This document shows positions 36,201 to 49,097 of a stretch of DNA of 64,000 nucleotides, piece by piece. Position 1 is the first letter of the stretch. Each line of letters opens with the position of its first letter. The translations under genes were made by a program, and so were the position numbers. The stretch lies in assembly GCF_001949145.1 (NCBI RefSeq), contig NW_019091355.1, forward strand, positions 1,328,135-1,392,134, written 5' to 3'. Below the pieces are notes generated by a model, which saw nothing but the letters and a program-made list of their open reading frames with translations, searched no databases and had not been told where the DNA came from. The DNA comes from Acanthaster planci (taxonomy: Eukaryota).

Positions 36201-39200
36201 GAGAACGCTCAAGTGTCTTTGGTGACTCCTGTGTGTTTTTAAACCATTCCGGAAAATGCACGGCATGAATGCATTGTACGTCCAGGTATTTCAAAACTAC
36301 TCCCGCGGATTTTGCAATAAAAGTGATCAGAGCATTGCCTCTGCATGAAAAGGAAAGAACGACAACCGTACACCCTCTGAGAGAGAGACAAATTCGCACA
36401 AGACACCATTCACTGAAATCTCTTAAACGTCCCCAGTTCTTGAACAGTTGCGGGAGTTTATAATTACAGGGTTTTAATGCAGTGGTACCTCACCCACGAA
36501 CGCGCGCCTCCTTTAACTGGACGCACCCGTGCAATTTGGCAAGGCACGACATCTTATCAGTTGATGAGACACTTCAAGGGTGTCGACTACCAACTCACAC
36601 GCGTGATGAAATGGTGCTGGCGGGTTAATTCCTGTTTGCCAAATTGGTCTAAGCATACGTCACACTCGCATGCACGTTGCACTTGCATTTTAAAGAAATA
36701 AAATGGTATTTCAGAATTTTGGGGTTCAGATTCTCAGAAACAGCATTAATGTGACGCATTGTCCACTGTAGTAATGCATCGATTAAGGACGAGTTGAAGC
36801 ATCCTTTAACATTTCCTCCTGACATGCCTTGTCAGGCGTGACAGGTCAAGCTGAAGAAAGCAGGAGCAAAGTTCCAATTTGAACCCACTGGGCAGGGCGA
36901 TGTTTCTACTGTTTTAGAGCCAAAGGGATAGTGACTTGTGATCGATGTGAAAGGTGTCTTTTTCCCCAGTCCAAATGCAGCCGCGCTTGGGGAGAGGGGG
37001 GGTGCCGGGAGCTATCACAGCATAAACGATTCAGACAAAGTGTTTCAATGGCTGCAGTGTGAGGTCTTGGCATTTTTCATGCTACTAAAATTTAATTTAG
37101 GGATGTAACGGCGCTCCCCACGGAAAGCTCGGGAGATTTGAATAGTCTTTTTGTAAAATTTTGACAACTAACAGTCTTAACGACTCACAGTCTTGAAATG
37201 GTTTACAACTCTGCGCCAGAAATTGTGCACCTGTCTCGCACTTAAATCATTTTGGGAAACGTAAACAGTACAATTGCTCCGTTCGGCATGCTTTTGATTC
37301 CTAGCTTACTTACATCACAACTACAAAAACAAGCTTGACCAGACCTGTTTATAAGGTGGTGAAGGTCAAGAAATAAGTGATTGTACACAAGTCTGGTCTT
37401 GGAATGGTCACACACGTTTGGCTGTTTACTTTTGGAAGCTGCAAAATGCTTGCCAACTAAGAAAGGGCGAAAACGGCGTATTCAAAGACTTGAAAGTCGT
37501 CAGTGGGTGGTTTAAATATTAATACCACTAGAGACATTCACGCCAGATCGAGATTGGCATTACGAACTCCCTGAAATGTCAGTTGGCGATGCATTTCTCC
37601 TTCTAGGAGAACAAAGTACACTAGTTGTGGTGCTTGAAAGAAAACTGATCTGGTTAACATGTATGATCATTTAAATACCAGGAACTTTGGTAAATGACTC
37701 TAACGGGATCACGAGCTGAGTCTACTTAGTTATTCTAGCTATTTTATCGCGGCATGGAGTGGGTGCTTTTATACAGGCTCCTCAATTCTGCGAGCAAATA
37801 GCCCAAGCTTATGAATATTCATTTCTATTAATTAGCTAAAACACAATCACAGTAGGCAAGTTGACTGCAAAACTCTTGAGGGATAATTTGTGGAATTCCG
37901 TACCACATTACGGAATTGCATCAAACACTTTGACGCTGCTTGTGATATAGTATTAGCAAATTAAACAAGGGAAGACATACCTCCGTCTGCTAAGCTTAGG
38001 TAGGGCAGTGGCGAACCGGCGACTGCATTTCACCTGATCTCATTACATCACATTTACTCAAAATGTACTATCACTTTTTAAGAAGAGGCAACAAATGGAC
38101 AACTTTCGTAGTTTCGCTCATGGTCTCTTTCTACGCAGACTGACAGAAGATGAGCAGCCTTCGTCTTATCATATGAGTTGCTCATGTATTCTTTTCGTGC
38201 ATATTATACACGTAGACAGGTGTACACGATGGCATCGAAAATTCCCCCGAAGTGGAAGATCGAAGGCAGAGACGATTGCCCTCCGGAAAGCATCTTCCAT
38301 CTCCTTGCATTCTACGAGATTTAAAACTGTTTTCAGACATAACGGTTATAGAGAATCCTATCGCTACAACTTCAGAAATCTCAGGTATCGCCAATTCGAT
38401 CTACAACCATCCGTCCGAGGAGGCGTGATGCATGCAGCCGTGTTGTATTCATAGAGAAATTATCTTGGCAGTAGGCCATCGGTACGCTTTACACGTCCCG
38501 CGTACAGGGAAAGTCTAAATACCCAGTCCTTATTTAGACTGGCCACCTATTTAAGGCTTGTGTACATTATGTCGAGGCTGATGGCAGTAAAATATTTGCC
38601 AATCCGTGACACAAATGTTTTATCACTAGACTTTTTGCACGTGTTAAGCCCACGGGCCATGTCTTATGTAGTCACTCATTCCTTGCGAATAAAACAGAGA
38701 CAGGAAAAGCAGTTTGGGTGATAAACGGTAGAGCAACATTGAACCTTGACTATTGGCCTATGTTACAATGTCCCCGTTCGTATCATATTCCCATTGGATG
38801 AGGCATATCCTAATGTATTTCTCAAAAACAAATCAGACAAATTAACTTTGCTGGAAATTGATATTCGCACGGAAAATGGTCAGATAACTGTGCACCAACC
38901 TTGCATACCAAGTGTGGACCTGTGAACAAAAGATGTCCACACAATGCAGGAAGGGAAGACCTTTTATGGACCTACCCACGTAAACGAGAGGTTTCTCCTT
39001 ATATAAAAAGGAGTTTAGAAGTATTTGGGATTTAGGGTCATCCGTCATAAAAGGAAGGGGAACGGTCAAGGAAACCTTTGACAAAAATCCAAATCATGTT
39101 CCCAGCTCAAGAAAAATGAGTTTTTTACTGAGTTTTCTTAACTGCAAGAAAACAAAGGAATGTGCACACTGAGTTTGTAACGTAAATGCTTGCAGGTGCA

Positions 39201-40117
39201 TAGATGTGGTTGTCACAAAGCCTTAAAAGGCACAGTTAAGAATTTTAGTCTTAATGGACAATTTCAGAGCACGATTCGGGTGAAGAATTCTTTCAAAAAA
39301 CATTTTTTCATTTGAAGGTTTTGAAAATTTGATTAAAAATGAGCAGATGTGGATCCTTTGAGATATTAATGAATTCTTTTTGAAATTAAAAGTTACAAAC
39401 CGCCAACTTTTCATACGCCGAAAACCGAACGTCCTACAATGTGTCAAGCCGCGTTGCTGATTGCTTATAGGCCCCACTCTAATCTTGCGCTTTTGTCTGA
39501 ATTTATGACACTGACTGTGACATACGAATTCACCATCTTAGCCAGGGGGTGCAAAGTGACAAAATGCTGGAGGCTGGAGACTTTCAAAGAAGTATTGGGG
39601 CGCTAACCAAAGCAAAATTGGGACAGCAAAATGGATTCCTAGTGGAAAACTGGGGTGCCGAAAATACAACATAATTTCGAACCGGAACGGTTGGAAATGG
39701 TCGAGAAAGGTTTGAATAATGCGTTACAAAGCATTCCAAACACACACTACAAACATTGCTAATATGTACTCGTCACAAATGCAAGAATGATAATCAGTAT
39801 TTCAAAAATATCCCGTCGTTGAATACTTCTGAAATTAAAATGAAAATTTCAAAATATACATTATATTGTTGGTTTCCCCAAAACTTTACCTGATTGAGTT
39901 TTGTGAGTCTGCTTACTCTGGATTTTCCATTCTTTTGAAATTGATAGTTCTATTCAGTTGGCCAAGGCGTGTCGAGAATATCGGGAAAAGCCCCTTGGCT
40001 GGTCATCAAACGGGCCTATTTGGGTCAATCCACGCGCGTGATACGGCATACCCGCCCCTCCAACGGGAACCTTACCACATATCCCGATCATGACGTGCTG
40101 TTATTAAATTTCCTCCC

Positions 40118-40526
40118 NNNNNNNNNNNNNNNNNNNNNNNNNNNNNNNNNNNNNNNNNNNNNNNNNNNNNNNNNNNNNNNNNNNNNNNNNNNNNNNNNNN
40201 NNNNNNNNNNNNNNNNNNNNNNNNNNNNNNNNNNNNNNNNNNNNNNNNNNNNNNNNNNNNNNNNNNNNNNNNNNNNNNNNNNNNNNNNNNNNNNNNNNNN
40301 NNNNNNNNNNNNNNNNNNNNNNNNNNNNNNNNNNNNNNNNNNNNNNNNNNNNNNNNNNNNNNNNNNNNNNNNNNNNNNNNNNNNNNNNNNNNNNNNNNNN
40401 NNNNNNNNNNNNNNNNNNNNNNNNNNNNNNNNNNNNNNNNNNNNNNNNNNNNNNNNNNNNNNNNNNNNNNNNNNNNNNNNNNNNNNNNNNNNNNNNNNNN
40501 NNNNNNNNNNNNNNNNNNNNNNNNNN
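40118..40526. other. Assembly gap (409 N)
   Basis: Run of N. Confidence 1.
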
Positions 40527-41036
40527 TTTGATATGGGGTCACTGAAGTGTCCGTTACTTCGCTGATCCGGAGCAAGGGAGAACAGTCGATATCTGACAGG
40601 CGAAACTCGATATTTATGACTGCCACTGAAGTAGGTATGGGACGCATGGATTTTTTGGCTCAAGGTTTCGCCTTTGCAATCACCCATGACGTCTGAGGCA
40701 AGTTTTGCATCATTTTGTCCAATCAGAGCACGCAGTTCCCTCTCTCACAGAAGTGCTCTGTCTGCTCGCGGTTGCCGCGTACGTTCTTAAAATTGGAAAT
40801 GTACGGGAATTTCGAGGAGTTTTAGACACTTATTGCTGATCGAACGAGCTTCGAATGCAAGGGTCGACTTGGTCTCATGAGCCTGGTTAAACCCCAGTTG
40901 TGTCAATGGTCAATTCAGTATTTCAGCTTGGCACGTGAATACCCAGATTCTATCATGTACCGATTCACAAACTGCAAACTTCATATCGGGTACCAAAGTA
41001 ATTAAACACGGGTTTTCAGTTAGTCCACATTCGGGT

Positions 41037-41281
41037 CAGTCTATCAATTTGGGGTCCAAAACTGTCCATTCTTGAGTCCCTGTTACACCTGACCTGTGTA
41101 ATTAGACATGGAAATATTACCTCAGTTGATTTCATACTATTTCTGTTTGTTTGGTAGGTAATTTGCATTATTTCATGACTCTTGGAAATTAGAAAATGTC
41201 TTCTGAACTTACAAAATCACATGTCAAAATAATGTGACAGCTAGGGTCACCCAAAAAATTGGACCCCAAATTTATAGAATG
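41037..41281. mobile_element. Inverted-repeat element (MITE remnant)
   Basis: CAGTCTATCAATTTGGGGTCCAA (41037-41059) versus TTGGACCCCAAATTTATAGAATG (41259-41281): 21/23 complementary. Confidence 0.5.
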
Positions 41282-44200
41282 ATAAAAACACTGGATAGCA
41301 CTGTTCAAATTTGAATCAATTCTTATGCTCCTAAAAAGTTTTTCCTTTGTAAAAAAAGTACAGAATGTGGCTTCTGTAAGGATATCCCGCACGTGGACTT
41401 AATTGCAAAAGCCTCTGGGTGTGTCAGGGTGAAAAAGTGTCAAATAGTTGTTTTTCACATGGCTACACTGAATATAACATATCTTACTGAAATAACAAAC
41501 AGGCTTATTTTGATCCCGTTTTAAGGAACGTGAACTGAGTAAGATCGACACTAAGAGTGGTGTGATTTTGTTTTCACTCACAGCGCCCATGGGTCGATAG
41601 CAAGAGACTGGTTTCAACAACAGAAGTTCACAAACTATGCATCTCGATTCCCCAGATTCATATCTGGGATCGACTTGTTTCATTCCGTTGTGGATTTTGC
41701 CCTCGATTCCCTTCTAAATGCAAAGGCCTATCAAGAACGATCCTGTAAATGTCATATACCAATATTCCTCACTTACACCCACTCCCTCAAATTTAAATCC
41801 CCCTTGGATTTGTGCGACTTACGCGAGAAGGGGATTCGAGAGAAGAAGCCGAATTTGCGGACTTCGGAGGCGATTTCGTTGGTTGTTTGAATTCACATTG
41901 GTGTAATGACCCATCTGAATGCAAAAGCACACTGTACGCATCTCCAAACTGCAAGGGTAGAAGACTAGTAGCGATTGAGTTGCTGCAACGTGGAGGTTTC
42001 AAATGCCAGGGACCACTGCCGCTGCGCCCCCGGTCTACTGTCAGTGGTACAACTTGAAAGATCACACAGTCCTTTTCAAAACGTACGCCGGATACTATAT
42101 TGGCGTTTGGAGTGCGTTGTAATAAATATGCGGGCGATCCCGAGGTTAGTTCTGGTTGAAATCACCACGTTGAGCCATCAAAAGACGAAAGAAAGACCAC
42201 TCCTAATGTTTTACAAATGTTGTTCACCACTTTAAAACCTTCTCTTGGATGAGATAAAATTTCCTTCTTTATGAGCAATGAGTTCTTGGTACACTAAGTA
42301 AAACAACTCGAATCGTCTTCTGTAAACCCACCAGGGAAAAGGTCATGTAACACAGTTTGGTAAAATATAGCCCTCGCCTGTCTTTATCTCCACGACTAAT
42401 GAGCTCTCAGTTTCCCACAAGAAACTAGTTCAGTACTACCGGATTAGATCTCTATGAGATGATACATATCAAAAGCTTGATCGTTCACCACCATTCGTCG
42501 TTTATTTATATGCCAAACGATAATTTGATCCAAGGGATATGAGGATTCGTGGCCAAAAAACAAGCAGTTTTCAACAGATATCCGAAAAATTTCGATCGTA
42601 GGTAATCAGGAGTTATTTCGTCGGTTTTTTTTCTACGAGAACGAGACAGTTTATAAAATGAACATGGTGGCCATAAAGAAAACCCTCGAAAATCGTTTAC
42701 CAAAATACCAAACTGTCTATTAGCTACTTTACAAAACTGACAGACTGAGTGCTCATTTTGATAAAAGGAAATAAGTACTTGAGTAGAATTAGACGAGATG
42801 ACTTATTCAAGGAGAGCAAAATCTTGTCCCAGATATTTTCTCGCTTGACCTAATATCGACTGAATATGTACTCCACGTTAGTCCATACGTCCTGCCAAGT
42901 GCAGCACGAACCAAATCCGTATATCTAATCAAAATCTCCTTCCACATACGCACGCACCAGTTGTCTAAACCCGCACAGGTGGTGTGGTGATATTAAAGTA
43001 ACGATACCGTACTGCATAAGGCTCTTTGATTACACAGGTTCTGAATTTCATCCTTTCGTAAATACCACTGGCTACCGTTTCCACTATTCCGAGAAAAAAT
43101 ACACCGGATTTCTCTGCAGGAAAATCGGTATTTTCAGTTGCAGCAAATGCGAAACAGTTTAAGCTAAGTTACTGTTTTCTATCTTATTACTGTAGCTCTA
43201 CACTAAGGGGTTTAAAACTGTTCAGAAACCTGTAACAAACGTGCATGCAGGATGAAGAAACACTTGATTATACAGATTAAACGTAGAAACGACTTGTCTG
43301 TTGAAGCTAAAGATTGTTGTCCATAAAAGTTGCATATCCAAAACTAAAAAGGGTTAAACAAAAACATAGGCTTACTTTTACCGGAATTGTTATCATTACT
43401 TTGCTTCTGTTTACATGCCATAATTGCACTACTTCCTCACTGGCCGAGGTTACCTTGCTTCAAGGGCTAAGGGCTGATGACTGTGATTCTTACGGTATGG
43501 GTTACATTTACATTACCAGCCTGATGAGCACACCTTGCTTTGAATCATTATGGTACCGGCTTGGGTTCATTATTACGTCAGCTCGGGCTCCTTAGGGTAC
43601 AAATTTGGCCTTTTATGGTATAGTTTCAGCCCATTATGATCCCTTTTCGGAATTATTGTCTTGTCAGTTTAACAGGGCGTTGTGTGTGTGTGTGTTTTCT
43701 TGCATTGACGAGGCTACACTCCCTTTTTGACGATCATTCTTTGATACGGTCTAGGTTTTGGCCCTTCATACCAGTTCATGCCACATCATGATACAACGTC
43801 ATGCATATGATGTGCCTATAGCAGTGTTTGAGCATACGTGTACGTATTATTCTGGACGAATCGCGTCGGGGTAAGTTTGGATTCGCGCTTCCATCACCAC
43901 AGCAAGGAACACATGCTCACAGTATGGCTTGGACACAACTGTTCTGCCAGTTGGAGCTCTATCTTGTGGAGTATGAGTCAGGTTAGAATTCGGTGCAATG
44001 CTGTGAATGCCAATGTCTTCAACAACATTTTAATGTTTTGCGTTACGATACGGGCGACATTCTGGGCGTACACACTTGTCTCACGTTGGTAAAATACTTA
44101 TGTTATCAACACGACTGGAAGGCTGGTGAAACAATCTATAAACGCACATACGCATTAAAACTAATCTCAAATACATGTCTTTCTCAGTTATGAGTGCATG

Positions 44201-47169
44201 CACTACGCTGGTTTTTACTTTAGATTATGTCGTTTTGGTTTTAAAAAGACCTCATAAACAAGGGTTATTAACACCTTAGTTTGTGCAGTTTGATAGTTGG
44301 AAGGAGACGGACGAAAACAGTAAAAACCAGAATATGGTTAACGGCAGTTTCGATTCAAAATGAACAGTGAAAGAACGAAACGCCTTGGTAGGACCATTCA
44401 ACCGAGAGAGACGTTATGGCAACATTCTGTCGAACCACTCCGAAAGGTATCAAAGCAATCACTGCACATAGAAATGAACTTAAAATGAAAAATAATATGT
44501 GATAGAAAATAAACATGCTTCCTGAAAACAGGATATGATTACTCCAGGCAAGGACTGCTATTCTACTGTGTGTTAATTATTAAGTGGTATTTGCTGGAGA
44601 AATGTCGGCATATGATCCAGTGGTCAATCATCCGGTTAGGCCTACTGTAAACTCGAGAACATTATCACTTACTGGTGTATAGTTAAAAAAAACAGTATAA
44701 AAGAAGACCAAAAAAAACCCCCACAAAACAAACAAACAAATAAAAAACAAATAACGAATAAAACAAAAGAAAAACACCCTCAGCAATCCCCAGACTTGAC
44801 ACTGGCTGGAGCGCTTGAAATTTACATACCTATACGTGGCTCGAGATAGCTTTACAACGCTTACCAAAATGATATGTCAATGCAACGGCATAATAACAGG
44901 GTGAATGATACATTTAAATTGAAGGCAAGCTATTGCTTTCAACCGATTCTTGGGATGATGTTGAAGTGAATTCACTGAATAACGAAGGCTTTTAAAAGAG
45001 CTTACCTTGTCTCAATGTGCGCAGGGGAAAAAGGTGTGACCGATAGAAACCAACAATGCCCCAGCTGTCAGCTTAAATTACCTTTGACGATTAAAGTGCG
45101 CTTATTAACACCCAAACTGGAATGAAGGATTTAATTGGATAACGATGATGGCATGAGAATTCCTTTAAATCCAGTGGCGCATATAAATTGCTCTGCTTTA
45201 AAGGTGGGTCCGTCGGGAACACTGCTCGTTAGCATTCTGGCAATGGGCCTGATGCAAGCGTCAGTTTTAACGCCGCAGAGCGCGTGCGAGCAATGAGTTG
45301 ACTTAAGTGTACGTTGAAATATAATGTAATCGAAAACAAATAACGGGTAGTTGGTGGCAGACAGTTGGTGGCTTTCGGCCATGGAAAATATTCGATTCAA
45401 TCCATTTTACCTACATGGATTTGTCTAGGAGATGACAAACCAAATACAAGCTATGAATCTTGAAAAAAAATGGAAGCGATGAATTATTTTTCCTATAAAC
45501 CATGATAGTTTGTTAACTTAATTCCATTTTCGTTGTGTCTTTGTTTTTGTTTTTAAAAATCGAGAGATGTTTAAATATACTTACCTTTGGCCACAGTAGT
45601 ATATTTTGAAACACTAACGGAAAATGAAAATTTTAGAAGTTCTGTCATAAAAGCCGTAAAATCTTTGAAAAAAAGTCAATGATTTGAGAAAGAAACTTGA
45701 AGAAACGTGACGCTCTAGTTCAAAATGAATGCACCGGCTGGAAACTTTTTGAATGCAGTCTTTCCTGCCATAAACTTCGGCAGAGAAGGGTGGATGTGCA
45801 TAAAGAGCAATTGTGATGGCCTCTTATTCGCTTACAATGCGCTTGAATTGACAGCAGACTCAACTGCCACGCTGCCCGGATCAAGCGCGCTCACTCTCTC
45901 CCCCCGCATTTATTTACTCAAGCGGTGGTTTCACACTGGCGTGCCACAGTCGCCACGAACTATATACAATTTGAGCTACCACGGAGGACTGGGCTTAGTC
46001 GACACCAACCACATTTCTATTCCAGATGGCCGAGATGAACTCACTGGAGTGTTGTACACATATGAACGAACATATGGTCAAACGTGGCAACCAGCATTTC
46101 AGTTAACGGAGGTGATCAATACGGACGACGTTTTTTATGTTCCTCTGTCCCAGTAAAGTCGTCCACTGGTATGTAATGTTCAAGCAGGGAGCAAGCAACA
46201 GACACGACGGTCAAGAGTCCAACCCTAAACGCATAGCAGCCGAGAACACGGAAGCAAAACAACACCTTCAATTTGTAGCGAGGCGAAGAAACCGCGAGCT
46301 CCACTTCTCGGCCCTTAGTGTTGTCGACACCGCATAGACAGTTGACCGCTTTCTAATGCCGACACTGATCCAGCCGGGTTGAATTTTGCATGTGGCCAAG
46401 CCACTCCACTCTGGAGGTTTGACAAGAGATCATGCTACCTACACATATCCATGAGCAAACAGTTTCGGGAGTCGAGCGTTCATTACAGTCCAGGGTGAAT
46501 CATGACACGCCAGTTGATGAAAGCAGCTACGTTGATAGCGCCCAATGAAACGGACAAGAGCACTTTAACCTATCAACCACTTCAATCTGACAACTAACGA
46601 TTTTTAGAGTCTATTACATCAACCATAGAAGCAGCATAGCCTTAAAACCTTACACACAACTTTAGAACACAAAATAATGTAATCCCTTGGAGGGATGCAA
46701 AAAAAGGACCATACACTGCGAGAGGAAGCAAAAATGTGATGACAAACATAATTCCATTCGTGTGCCTTGTATCTACATTGCAAGAAAAGTGCAGCATCTC
46801 CCTGATTTTATGGGACTGCATCTGTTTGAGTCTGTTTAGGCCAAAATATATCATTTTTATTTACGGTGTAAGAGTGCTGTTATGCGGACATTCAGCATAA
46901 TAGATGCAGTGATGTTTGGATAGCAACAGACGTTTCAGCAGGCCCAAGCCCATGAGAGGTAACCAAAATATACGACGGCTCCCACGGGACACCGAAACTG
47001 GGCATTTCTTTTTGCAGTTGGTCAGTTGTTTGCCCTGTGAAACATATTTCTGCGACTCTATGATTAGCTACCGTGCTTATCGTGATTTTGTAAAACGATG
47101 TCTCCTAATTGTGAAATAGGCAATTACGTACGAGGCTGTAAAGAAATTTAAGGTGTCGTTAAAATGTCC

Positions 47170-47242
47170 CCAATACCGCATTGAATACTTGATATTGTTC
47201 ATGTCCAATACCGCATTGAATACTTGATATTGTTCATGTCCA
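47170..47242. repeat. Perfect 35-bp tandem duplication
   Basis: CCAATACCGCATTGAATACTTGATATTGTTCATGT x2 (47170 and 47205). Confidence 0.92.
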
Positions 47243-48895
47243 CTGATGAGGGCCTCCTTAGAACAAAGCTTCTTTCCCAAAGTTACTTCCCATCAAATAG
47301 CACGGGGGTGTAATCGTACACGCTCTCCAAATCTCAAGCATTTAAACGTAAAAACGGCCGTCTTGTGACAGGCAGCAGCTTGCGAATACCTCATAATTAG
47401 ACCTGATTGTCTTTAAGACAGAGCCAGGAATTTCCGACCACGTGCCAAGTAGAGCCATTGCTGCGTGTCTAAGATTAGACGGATGATAAATGGCCCAAGT
47501 ATGGCCAGATGTCAGAAGTACTCTGCTACTAAATCTGGGCAATTAGAGGGGGTTCCATCAGAAAGGGTCCGTCTGCGTCTTTACAAAATGATGCCAATAA
47601 ACAGGTCAAATGACGGAATACATTACTACTGACGGACGCAGCTGGACCGAATCACCGCTTGCTTCTTTCGATAACAGAGAGAGCAATTCACAAGCCCACT
47701 CAGAAGCATGAATATTGGCATGGAGTCACATCATGATCGGACACATGAGAAAAAGTGCAAGGGGAATTACGGGCAGAGAATGATTTAGGACATATTGCAG
47801 GACTTGCTCTCATACGTCAAAGGTGTAGAAAAAATAGAATGTTTCGCATAAGCGATTCATGCAGGTATAAAATTTTCTTATTGTCTGACAGTCCATCATG
47901 ATTATCAGCTTCATCAAAGGTACGATAAAGCAGAGATACAAATGAACTCACTTGACATTTTAAGCTCTTGTCTGAGATTACAATACCGCAGCTTTGCTTT
48001 TGAATACAAAATTTCTTTAATCTCAATTCTGCAAGAAAATACATTGCACCTACCTTTAAGCCATCGATTTTGCTCATATCGAAAGCTGTCACTTGTTAAA
48101 CAATTCAGCTGAAATTTTTCATTTCATCACCCATCATTTTCATCTTTCGACATTACATGTATTAGAGCTGCAGTGACGTTAGGGGATTTCATAAAGTGGC
48201 CGAAACAGGACCGCTTGGGACGACTTGAAGCTAGTTCGGGGGGCCTCTGTGGACGGCAGAGCTGGAAAGGGGTGTCACCTTGACATTAATCGATGGGCCG
48301 TGCCTACGTCCACTTGTGCAGCGCGCCACAATTAGGGTTAACGCAGCGGGCCGTCATGCGTAGCACGTCCGTCGGCTCGCCTCGGCCCCGTGGTTTCCGC
48401 AAGCCTCCTCGCGCCAAGTAAAAAGATGACGAATTGAGAAGACTCGATGAGAGGCACCGAGGGAGGTCTCAATGACCAAACGGTATCGGCCGGGAAAAGA
48501 GGCCTAGTGGAAATACATCATTTGTCTCGCCGATACTGTGGCCAACCTCGGTGGGCGGCCTTAACCGTTCCATGCAAACACACGAAGAAAGTGTATCAAA
48601 GGTTGAGGAGTATGTTTAACTCACAAGATTCTTAACCCTCATTGCTTCAAGACATGATAAAAATCAATCTTAAAGTCGACTTCATTACAGAAGAGGGTTT
48701 CATGTTTCTAGTGTCTGGTGTTTTTGTGGTATATAATGCGTGCCATCCATGTCTAAGAACATTAATCTTAGATATCCATTGATAAGAAATTGCATGTAGA
48801 GGAGCCCTTCCATCTGCGCGTCAACACTTGGCCAAGCGTTGCGTATCCGTCATCGCTTCTAGGCGAAGTTGACGGCCGAACGCAACGCACGTGTG

Positions 48896-49097
48896 TTATG
48901 TTAATGGATTCAATTTGTGTGTCCGTGAACGTCAAACGCATGAACGCATCGTATACGCAGCTCACCCCAAAAACGTACATACGGAAAGGCGCCTTTATGT
49001 TAATGGGTCGATTTTCGTGTCTGTGAAAGTGAAACGCACGAACGCATCGTGTACGCAGCGCACCCCAAAACATTCATTATAGAAAGGCGCCCTTTAG
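48896..49097. repeat. Diverged ~99-bp tandem duplication, probably the duplicated end of a MITE
   Basis: TTATGTTAATGG...GAACGCATCGT..ACGCAGC.CACCCCAAAA...GAAAGGCGCC(C)TTTA starts at 48896 and again at 48995. Confidence 0.8.

Noticed and set aside
39969..40687. Three ~190-200-aa ORFs
   Set aside because: Artefacts of translating through the 409-N gap.
45725..46156. 143-aa ATG-initiated ORF
   Set aside because: No recognisable domain, signal peptide or coding-like composition; this length is attainable by chance in 64 kb. BLASTP or RNA-seq would settle it.
47170..47242. CRISPR-like 35-36-bp repeats (also 22246/22697)
   Set aside because: Only two copies each, no spacer array, no cas genes, and a eukaryotic context.
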